Positions 14,105 through 21,725 of a stretch of DNA of 24,000 nucleotides are shown here, one piece after another. The notes below the pieces were generated by a model, which did no database searches, had not been told where the DNA came from, and saw only the letters and a program-made list of their open reading frames with translations. Position 1 is the stretch's first letter. Every line of letters begins with the position of its first letter. The DNA is from an uncultured Thalassospiraceae bacterium (GTDB lineage: Bacteria > Pseudomonadota > Alphaproteobacteria > Rhodospirillales > Magnetovibrionaceae). The stretch covers positions 18,174 through 42,173 of the forward strand of contig CBFDBQ010000009.1 in NCBI GenBank assembly GCA_965603095.1, read 5' to 3'. The position numbers and the translations under genes were made by a program.

Positions 14105-16066
14105 CTAGCCCTGGTTTTCTGGCGAATGCTGCTCAGATTGCTCAGGTGAAGAGGTGGGGGTAGGAGCCTCGGGTGTTGCCGGCACAATGTTCGCCTGAGC
14201 CGCTAAAACTGCGTTATCGATCTCTGCTTGTGCTGTCATTGCGGCAATATCTGCTTTGTCATCCCATACGTGTTCATAAAGGTAGGCCGGCCCATCAATG
14301 CCCTTCATCAGATAAGGGCCGCGCTTAACAAATTGCATTGTCCCACCCTTGAGCATTCCATAAACCGTATCAGATACCAAGTTCATGCCGTCACCACCCT
14401 TGTCAACAATTCGTGCCGCCATTTGTACGGTAACGCCATATAGATCATTTTCTTCAACCACCACAGAGCCCATGGCGGTGCCAATTTTTACCTTTAATGG
14501 AACATCCGGGGCGTTTTGGTTGTGTAGTTGGATAAGGCGCTGCATGTGCGCTGTAGAATTAACGCTGTTGGTTACATCTTCAAACGACGCCATTATTCCA
14601 TCACCGGTATGCTTGATTTCTTTGCCGTGGAACTTGATAAGGGCTTCGCGAACCACCTTGTTGTGGGCGCGAACAATTTCCTGCGCACCAAGGTTGCCCT
14701 TTTCATGGGTCATAGCGGTGGAGCCAACAATATCGGTAAACATTACGACAATTTGTCTTTCAGGATTATCGGGCTCTTTAGGCTTGTTCCATTCTTCTAA
14801 TGTTTCATCCATGCGTATGGCGCTATCGCCCTCACCCGCAAGATAGCCAGACATATCGCGCCTGCCGGACTGGAACATTTGCATATAGCGGGCATCTGAA
14901 AGCAAATATTCTTCATAGCGCTTGGCAAAGGCGTCGGCATTATTTTCAGCCATGCCCATTACCTTTAGGCTGTCAGAAAGTATTTTTTCCGTTTCATCTG
15001 ATTCAAGGTTTCTTTCAGAGCCGATTGCCTCGGCCGCACCAGCCAAATATAGGTTCACTCCAAAACGGTTATAATTATCCATTTTTTTGCGTTCTGCCGG
15101 AAGCTTACGAATTGATTCGCCAAAAAATGACATCATCACTACTTTTTGTTTTTCAGCATTTAACGACATCATTTCTTCAAATGCGTCATCTTCTTCGGGT
15201 GCAGTTTCTTCGGGAGCTTTGTCTTCTTCCTCTTTTTTCTTTATGGCTTCTTCAGTTTCTTTTTTGAGCGCGTCTTCGTTTTCGCTGTCGGATTCTTTTT
15301 CTTTTTTCTTGCGCTCGGCTTCCTCTTTTTTACGTTTTTCTTCTTCTTTTTTACGTGCCTCTTCGCGTTTCTTTCTTTCTTCGCGCGCGCTTAACTCTTC
15401 TTTTGTTTGTTTTTCCTGCTTTTCCTGTTTTTTTGGTGCAGGCTTGCGGTTTCTACTAGGCATGTTTGGTATATTAGGTACGTTTAATTCATCGCGCGCC
15501 ATAAACACCCGGAACGAACTTCCCACCGTAACAACAAAAAATAAAATAAACATACCAAACAGAACGTTGGCGCGCATTTTACCGTAAAGTGCAATGCCTA
15601 ATACTTTTTTGTGGGGCATCATTTCAGAGGCAATGCCGGTTACAACAGCCGCCAGCGCAAGACCAAATAATATAACCAATAAAAGTTTAGTAATGACCCC
15701 AAGCCCAGATGATTTCTTGCGTGATCTTTTTTTCCCACCACCAGTATCAAAATCAGGAACTTTCCCCCCACCACCACGTGGCCCGCCACCGCTGGCAAGA
15801 CGGGCAAAACGATCAGCATCAGAAGTATGCACCGATGCATTGGGGCTATTAAATTTATATACTATGTGTTCGTTATGCAGATGTGTTTCGGTATCAAAGG
15901 CATCGCGGATGACTTTTATGTCACCAACGCCCGGCATGGATTCAAGCGCCTTGGCTTCGTTGATTGCCTCATCGCGCTCATTTTCAGAAAATTGCGCGTG
16001 AATACGCCAGTTGCCGCTTTGCAGTACCTGAACTTCAAATGATATTTGAGTATTATCTTTGCCCAT
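14105..16066 (-). CDS. Membrane-anchored class III adenylate/guanylate cyclase with unknown N-terminal domain and a Lys/Glu-rich linker
   Basis: The C-terminal cyclase homology domain contains VVMFTDIVGSTAMT, IKHTGDGIMASF and YGVTVQMAARIV. Two hydrophobic helices lie at about residues 125-195. The charged low-complexity region is KKREEARKKEEEKRKKEEAERKKKEKE. Confidence 0.85.
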   Translation of the reverse strand: MGKDNTQISFEVQVLQSGNWRIHAQFSENERDEAINEAKALESMPGVGDIKVIRDAFDTETHLHNEHIVYKFNSPNASVHTSDADRFARLASGGGPRGGGGKVPDFDTGGGKKRSRKKSSGLGVITKLLLVILFGLALAAVVTGIASEMMPHKKVLGIALYGKMRANVLFGMFILFFVVTVGSSFRVFMARDELNVPNIPNMPSRNRKPAPKKQEKQEKQTKEELSAREERKKREEARKKEEEKRKKEEAERKKKEKESDSENEDALKKETEEAIKKKEEEDKAPEETAPEEDDAFEEMMSLNAEKQKVVMMSFFGESIRKLPAERKKMDNYNRFGVNLYLAGAAEAIGSERNLESDETEKILSDSLKVMGMAENNADAFAKRYEEYLLSDARYMQMFQSGRRDMSGYLAGEGDSAIRMDETLEEWNKPKEPDNPERQIVVMFTDIVGSTAMTHEKGNLGAQEIVRAHNKVVREALIKFHGKEIKHTGDGIMASFEDVTNSVNSTAHMQRLIQLHNQNAPDVPLKVKIGTAMGSVVVEENDLYGVTVQMAARIVDKGGDGMNLVSDTVYGMLKGGTMQFVKRGPYLMKGIDGPAYLYEHVWDDKADIAAMTAQAEIDNAVLAAQANIVPATPEAPTPTSSPEQSEQHSPENQG

Positions 16067-16240
16067 TTTAATCTCTGGTTTCCCTCAAAACCAAAATGTT
16101 TCCTATCATCTAACTATATAAATTAGCCATGTTAATTAATCGTGTTACTTATGTGATTGTATAAAATAACTGTTTTTGGCGAAATGGCTAACAAGGACTA
16201 CTAGAAATAGCAAAATATGGCAAAAAATAGTGTTTTTCTC

Positions 16241-16271
16241 AAAAAAAAGCACCACCTAAGTAAGATGGTGC
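16241..16271 (-). terminator. Rho-independent terminator of rpmE
   Basis: On the minus strand the hairpin is GCACCATC-TTACTTA-GGTGGTGC followed by TTTTTTTT. It lies 34 nt after the rpmE stop. Confidence 0.8.
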
Positions 16272-16304
16272 CCCTTTTGGAAGCCCGAAGAATAGGGATA
16301 AAAC

Positions 16305-16532
16305 CTATTCGTCTTTAAGGCCAAATCCTTTGAAACGTTTATTAAATTTGGCAAGTTGGCCGCCACTGTCCATAAGACGGTGCACGCCTGTCCATGCCGG
16401 ATGAGATTTTGGATCAATATCAAGCTTAAGGGTATCGCCCTCAGCGCCCCAGGTAGAGCGGGTCTTGTAGCTTGTTCCATCGGTCATTTCGACCGTAATT
16501 TCGTGGTAATCTGGGTGGATGTCGTTCTTCAT
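16305..16532 (-). CDS. rpmE: 50S ribosomal protein L31
   Basis: The translation [29 protein letters not shown] ... [13 protein letters not shown] ... [10 protein letters not shown] matches L31 over its full length. Confidence 0.95.
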   Translation of the reverse strand: MKNDIHPDYHEITVEMTDGTSYKTRSTWGAEGDTLKLDIDPKSHPAWTGVHRLMDSGGQLAKFNKRFKGFGLKDE

Positions 16533-16720
16533 AGCTCTGTGGCTCCAGTGTTTAAAGCGCGCTCTATATACCCGCCATGTTCTCTAAGCGCAAGCCCTCA
16601 TAAGCCCTTCGTAATTATCACGCCAATCAAGGGCTTGCCTATTAGCCTCAGCCCCTGATATAGCCCTGATCTAGTGCCTATATATGTCTTAATATGACCT
16701 AGGAATAAGGAGGCAAATAA

Positions 16721-17041
16721 ATGAAAAACTTTGAAATTATGGTAGAAAAAGCCATTGAGAACCTGTTTGAAGCCACCATGCGTGAAATTGGCCATATGGC
16801 CGAGGTTGATCTGGAGGGCGGCATATTGAACATCGAACTGGATGACGGGCGCGTTTTCATAATAAACAAACATTCTCCCAATCGTCAGATATGGCTGTCA
16901 TCGCCGTTGAGCGGGGCACACCATTTTTCATTTGATCAAGGCAGTGGGGAATGGGTATCAACTAGGGATTCCGGGCAACTGCTAAACCTGCTTGAGGATG
17001 AATTATCTAGCATCAAAGGTGGGACGGTTAATCTTGTCTGA
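16721..17041 (+). CDS. cyaY: Frataxin-like iron-sulfur assembly protein CyaY
   Basis: It has the frataxin signature GILNIELDDGRVFIINKHSPNRQIWLSSPLSGAHHF. An AAGGAGG site precedes the ATG. Confidence 0.9.
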   Translation: MKNFEIMVEKAIENLFEATMREIGHMAEVDLEGGILNIELDDGRVFIINKHSPNRQIWLSSPLSGAHHFSFDQGSGEWVSTRDSGQLLNLLEDELSSIKGGTVNLV

Positions 17042-17501
17042 TATTGGGGCTAATGTAGAAATTTATATCGATGCCGATGCTTGCCCGGTCAAGGACGAGA
17101 CCATACGCGTGGCAACTCGCCATAATTTAAAAACCTATATGGTAAACGATGGTGGAATTCGCCCCAGCCAAAATCCATTGGTTGAATTGGTAATAGTCAC
17201 CCAAGGTGCAGACGCCGCCGATGATTGGATAGCGGAGCATATTAAAAAATCAGATATTTGCGTTACCAATGACATACCCCTTGCCGCTCGATGTCTTGAG
17301 GTAGGTGCATTTGCCATAAAGCCCAATGGCGAACGGTTTAGCGAAGATAGTATTGGAATGGCATTGGCCAATCGTGAATTGATGCAGGGGCTTCGTGAAA
17401 GTGGTGAAATAACTGGCGGGCCAAGACCATTTAGTAAATCTGATCGATCTCAATTTCTTGACCGTATGGAAACGGTTGTGCAAACAGCAATTCGAAAATA
17501 A
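17034..17501 (+). CDS. YaiI/YqxD family protein (UPF0178, DUF188)
   Basis: It has the family N-terminal motif IYIDADACPVKDE. The start is uncertain: in-frame candidates are TTG 16992, ATG 16998, GTG 17019 and TTG 17034. I chose 17034 because it gives the family-typical length and overlaps the cyaY stop. The stop overlaps the next ATG (TAATG). Confidence 0.75.
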   Translation: MSDIGANVEIYIDADACPVKDETIRVATRHNLKTYMVNDGGIRPSQNPLVELVIVTQGADAADDWIAEHIKKSDICVTNDIPLAARCLEVGAFAIKPNGERFSEDSIGMALANRELMQGLRESGEITGGPRPFSKSDRSQFLDRMETVVQTAIRK

Positions 17502-18091
17502 TGAATATGGAAAAAACAGAAAAAGAATTGCACTCACGAAGCGATGCTAAATGCGAATTATGTGGCAATGATAGCAAACTTTCTGTTTATGAAATTCCAC
17601 CACAATCTGATGGTAGCGCAGAACAGTGTGTGTTGGTTTGCCCAATTTGTTTAGGTCAGATTGTTACCCCCGAAACAATAGATATAAATCACTGGCGTTG
17701 CCTTGGCGAAAGCATGTGGAGCCAGGTGCCAGCGGTGCAGGTTATGGCATGGCGTATGCTAAATAATTTATCTGGTGATGCATGGGCGCTAGATCAGCTA
17801 GCAATGCTTTATCTTGAAGATGATGTTTTATCATGGGCAAAATTACCCGATAGCGAAAATGAAAATAGTGGCGGGGTGAAATATTTAGATAGCAATGGCG
17901 CGGTACTAGAATCTGGCGATACGGTAACCTTGATAAAAGATTTAAATGTAAAGGGTGCTAATTTTACGGCTAAGCGCGGCACGCCAGTTCGCTCAATTTC
18001 GCTTGTTGCTGATAATCCCCAGCAAATTGAAGGGCGCGTCAGCGGCCAACAGATTGTTATTTTGACCGAGTTCGTAAAAAAATCTAATTAG
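17501..18091 (+). CDS. PhnA/YjdM-domain protein (long form with N-terminal Cys-rich zinc-ribbon region)
   Basis: The N-terminal region has CELCG ... CPIC. The C-terminal PhnA domain reads DSNGAVLESGDTVTLIKDLNVKGANFTAKRGTPVRSISLV ... IEGRV ... IVILTEFVKK. Confidence 0.85.
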   Translation: MNMEKTEKELHSRSDAKCELCGNDSKLSVYEIPPQSDGSAEQCVLVCPICLGQIVTPETIDINHWRCLGESMWSQVPAVQVMAWRMLNNLSGDAWALDQLAMLYLEDDVLSWAKLPDSENENSGGVKYLDSNGAVLESGDTVTLIKDLNVKGANFTAKRGTPVRSISLVADNPQQIEGRVSGQQIVILTEFVKKSN

Positions 18092-18096
18092 GGATA

Positions 18097-19299
18097 TTAG
18101 CTTTTATTTGAAATTGCATTTTTCTTGGCTAATGCATATTTATCCATTGAGCGCCACGCCAGAACAGCAACAAAAATCATAATAACCGCACCCGCCCAAT
18201 AGGGCCAATTTTTGCTAAGGCCGGCAAAAAGAAACCCTGCCCACATTGGCCCAATAACTCGGGCCATGGTGGTGGCTGATCTGGCCGCACCCATGACGGT
18301 TCCTTGGGCAGTGCTTTCCGTAAGCAGAGAAATCAAACTATTGAGCGAAGGGTTTATAACGCTAAATCCATATGCAACAACCATCATCGCCGCAACTAAC
18401 GCTGGTACGGTGGTGCAAAATGGAATAAGCGCCATGCCTAAGGCTAGCGCAACTGCGCCTTGCACAATAAGATTGGCCTCACCAAAACGATTGGCCAGCC
18501 TGCCAACCGCGCCGCCCTGTAAAATTGCCGCAATAATACCAATGAATGCAAATAGATATCCGTTTTGTTCTGGCCCCCAGCCGAATTGGCGCCTTGACCA
18601 CATGGCAAAGGTTGTTTCCATTCCGGCAAAAACAAATGTCGCCATAAATGATATGGCAATTAGAAGCCCAATGCCTGGCTTGTTAATTGTTTCAAGGAAA
18701 TCAGCAACTCGACCCTTTTTGGGTTTGTTTTTTAACTCTTCGCGGTGCTTGGGTGAAAGAGATTCCTTCAAAGTGAAAAATGCCAGCATAAATGCTGTAA
18801 GAGAAAATGCAGCCGCCGCCAACGCCGGCGATGTATAATCAGCATTTAGCGGATCGGGACCTGCTAGTATTCCACCGATAGCAGGGCCAGCAATAAATCC
18901 AATTCCAAAAGCGGCCCCGATAAGCCCCATGCCCTTGGCCCGATTTTCCGGTGTGGTTATGTCTGCAATGTATGCAAATGCGGTTGATATATTGCCCGCC
19001 ATTAATCCGCCAATTGCGCGGGCGATAAATAAAACCCATAGCGAGCTTGCGTAGGCCAGCATTGAATAGGAAAAAACCGAACCAACAAGGCTGATTAATA
19101 ATATTGGCCTGCGCCCCATGCTATCGCTAAGCCGCCCCCACAAAGGTGCGGCAATGAACTGACCAAGAGAATAGATCGCCATTAACATGGAAACGGTAAA
19201 GGGATCAGCCTGAAAGTGTTCGCCGTAAAATGGTAATAGGGGTATGACGATGCCGAAGCCCACTAGATCGATAAAAACGATCATGAAAATTATGAGCAT
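18097..19299 (-). CDS. MFS transporter (DHA1/TetA-like, 12 predicted helices)
   Basis: MFS motif A is present (GRLSDSMGRRPILL). The profile is hydrophobic throughout. Confidence 0.88.
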   Translation of the reverse strand: MLIIFMIVFIDLVGFGIVIPLLPFYGEHFQADPFTVSMLMAIYSLGQFIAAPLWGRLSDSMGRRPILLISLVGSVFSYSMLAYASSLWVLFIARAIGGLMAGNISTAFAYIADITTPENRAKGMGLIGAAFGIGFIAGPAIGGILAGPDPLNADYTSPALAAAAFSLTAFMLAFFTLKESLSPKHREELKNKPKKGRVADFLETINKPGIGLLIAISFMATFVFAGMETTFAMWSRRQFGWGPEQNGYLFAFIGIIAAILQGGAVGRLANRFGEANLIVQGAVALALGMALIPFCTTVPALVAAMMVVAYGFSVINPSLNSLISLLTESTAQGTVMGAARSATTMARVIGPMWAGFLFAGLSKNWPYWAGAVIMIFVAVLAWRSMDKYALAKKNAISNKS

Positions 19300-19420
19300 A
19301 AATTTATATTCTTTTCTGTTTTATATTCTTTTTTATTTAATAAAAAGTCTATTTATTGGTGAACGCAATACTGTACGGAGTTAATCTGGCCCTTCTTATA
19401 ACCGGAAATTGATGTTGGTG

Positions 19421-20509
19421 CTAGCGTCCCGTAAGTTTTAGTTCAATGCGTCTATTGCGCCTAAGCGATGCTTCATCATTGCCATCAGCATTGGGTTGAA
19501 ATTCACCAAACCCAGCAGCAACTAGACGGTTTGCTGGTATGCCTTCGCCTATAAGCTGTTTAACAACTGAAATAGACCTAGCTGAGCTTAGCTCCCAATT
19601 TGAACGGAATTTCTCATTTAAAATGGGAACCTTATCGGTATGGCCATCAACTCGTAACACCCAATCAACATCTTCTGGTATGCGTGCGCTAACTTCTAAT
19701 AAGGTTTTTGCCAGTCTTGATATTTGCTCTGTTCCCGGGGCACCAATATTTGTTTCGCCGCTGGAGAAAAGAACTTCAGATTGAAAAACAAAACGGTCAC
19801 CAACAACGCGAATTCCCGGATGATCACCCAATGTAATTTTTAGGCGACCAAAAAAGTCAGACCTGTATTGCTGCAATTCTTGAACTTTTCCTGCCAACGC
19901 CGCATTAAGACGTTTTCCTAGTGATACAATTTGAACATTTTGTTCTTTGGCTTTTTGTTCCGATGCATCAAGCGCACTGTTTAATGTTGATATTTGGTCT
20001 TTCATGGCGCCTAGCCGTTGGTTAAGCAACGCAACCTCGGCTCGCGCGCTCTCAGAAATATCTTGTTCTGCCAGCAATGCAGTTTCATTTTCTTCCAAGT
20101 TTAGGGCGAGCTTGCCTATGTCAATTTCTAATTGTTTTTTAAGGGCTGAAAGCTTTTCAACATCACCGGTCAGGCTGGATATTTCGATGCGACCCTTTTC
20201 AAGACTGTCATTTAATCGGTCACGATCAATAATTGATGCCTGCAATTCACCGGAAAGCCTGCCCACATCGCCGCGCAATGATTTTGATGTTTTTTGCTCC
20301 AGCGCCAATAGTTCTGAAATTTCGGCCATATCGCGGTCTAGTTTTTTAAGCGCATTTTCTCGCCCTGATAAAGCCTCGCCAAGAAAGAACTGCGCCAGTA
20401 CAAAAAGCAGCAACAGAAAAATAATAACCATTAACAGTGAAGCCAAGGCATCGACAAATCCGGGCCAGATATCTGCCCTGTTGCGGTGGCGTGCTAAAAG
20501 GCCTGCCAT
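19421..20509 (-). CDS. MotB-like protein: N-terminal TM with conserved Asp, ~170-aa coiled coil, C-terminal OmpA-type peptidoglycan-binding domain
   Basis: IWPGFVDALASLLMVIIFLLLLF resembles the MotB/ExbD/TolR plug-TM segment with its Asp. A long heptad-like segment spans about residues 48-215. The C-terminus has VDGHTDKVP ... SNWELSSARSISV ... RRNRRIELK. Confidence 0.85.
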   Translation of the reverse strand: MAGLLARHRNRADIWPGFVDALASLLMVIIFLLLLFVLAQFFLGEALSGRENALKKLDRDMAEISELLALEQKTSKSLRGDVGRLSGELQASIIDRDRLNDSLEKGRIEISSLTGDVEKLSALKKQLEIDIGKLALNLEENETALLAEQDISESARAEVALLNQRLGAMKDQISTLNSALDASEQKAKEQNVQIVSLGKRLNAALAGKVQELQQYRSDFFGRLKITLGDHPGIRVVGDRFVFQSEVLFSSGETNIGAPGTEQISRLAKTLLEVSARIPEDVDWVLRVDGHTDKVPILNEKFRSNWELSSARSISVVKQLIGEGIPANRLVAAGFGEFQPNADGNDEASLRRNRRIELKLTGR

Positions 20510-20533
20510 TATTAATCAGCCCTTTCTGTTTTT

Positions 20534-21676
20534 TTAAGAATCGTCCTTGGCGGCAACGGTACGCGCCAGCAATTTAATTTCGCTTCTAATCTGCGACACG
20601 GTTTCTTCGCGGCCCACTCTGTTTTCTTCTAGTAGTCTCGAAAGGCACAGATCCATGTTTCGTATGTGGGTGCGGGTGGCCTCATCCATGCTGTCATTTG
20701 CCCCATCGGCAAGGCGCTCAATAACTGGTTTTAGCTCTACTTGCGTTTCGGCAAGTTTTTTCATTACTGCCTGCTCGGTTTGCATGAAATCGGTCAGGGT
20801 TCCCATTTTTGCGGCCAAATCCGACAATGCTTCATGGGTTTTGTGTCGGTTTTCTTCGCCCCGGGATAATGTTCGTTGCAGATTTTCAAGACCTTCTGCT
20901 GTTTGCTCTAGCAATGCTTCAACATATGCTGGAACGCCCTGTTCGCCTTCTGTTGAAATATTACCCGATGAAAGCCGGGCCTGACCCGAAAGCCAGTCTT
21001 CAAGTTCGGTATAAAAACGGTTGTGGGCTTGTCCGGTTTGTAAATCCAAGAACCCCAAAACTAATGATCCGGCAAGGCCAAACAGTGATGATGAAAAAGC
21101 CGTTCCCATTCCGGTCAGGGGTTTTTCTAACCCACTTTTAAGCTCGTCAAATACTGCAGATATATTTCCGCCGCCGACCGATATGTTTGAAATAACATCG
21201 CGGATTGCACCTAGGGTATCAAGCAACCCCCAAAACGTACCAAGCAGACCAAGAAAAACTAGCAATCCAACTGTGTACCTAGAAATTTCACGCTGTTCAT
21301 CCAGCCTTGATGCGATGCCATCCAAAAGCGAACGCATGGCAATGGATGAAATTTTTATTTCCGAACGATCGCCCAGCATTGCTGCCATGGGCGATAGCAA
21401 TGTTGGGGTAGGGGCGCTTGAGCTTAAATCCTGAACCGATGGCTGGCGCGGTGCGCCGGAACGAAAATGCTCTATCCATTCCAATTCGGGGCCAAGCTGT
21501 AATACTTGGCGAAAACTGTTTATTGCGCCAAGCAAAAATACACCAACAATAAGCCCATTAAGCGGGGCATTGGCCATAAATGCGGTTTTAAGCGGTGATA
21601 CCACTAGCACCACGCCAGCGGTAACAACCACAAGGAATAACGTCATTCTAATAAGGTAGCGACTAGGAGCTGTCAT
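20534..21676 (-). CDS. MotA/TolQ/ExbB-family proton-channel protein with ~165-aa C-terminal helical tail
   Basis: There are four hydrophobic helices. The last pair (VGLLVFLGLLGTFWGLLDTLG and GMGTAFSSSLFGLAGSLVLGFL) resembles the MotA_ExbB signature. An AGGGGAA site lies upstream. There is a 24-nt gap to the MotB-like gene. Confidence 0.8.
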   Translation of the reverse strand: MTAPSRYLIRMTLFLVVVTAGVVLVVSPLKTAFMANAPLNGLIVGVFLLGAINSFRQVLQLGPELEWIEHFRSGAPRQPSVQDLSSSAPTPTLLSPMAAMLGDRSEIKISSIAMRSLLDGIASRLDEQREISRYTVGLLVFLGLLGTFWGLLDTLGAIRDVISNISVGGGNISAVFDELKSGLEKPLTGMGTAFSSSLFGLAGSLVLGFLDLQTGQAHNRFYTELEDWLSGQARLSSGNISTEGEQGVPAYVEALLEQTAEGLENLQRTLSRGEENRHKTHEALSDLAAKMGTLTDFMQTEQAVMKKLAETQVELKPVIERLADGANDSMDEATRTHIRNMDLCLSRLLEENRVGREETVSQIRSEIKLLARTVAAKDDS

Positions 21677-21725
21677 TGGTGGTCGGTTCCCCTAAGCGGT
21701 AGCTCTATTTATATGGGTACCGCCG

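Noticed and set aside
15087-15587. 166-aa plus-strand Ser/Phe-rich ORF, with 14800-15267 and 15594-16001.
   Set aside because: It is the antisense shadow of the Lys/Glu-rich (GAA/AAG-rich) linker of the cyclase gene. It has no recognisable domain.
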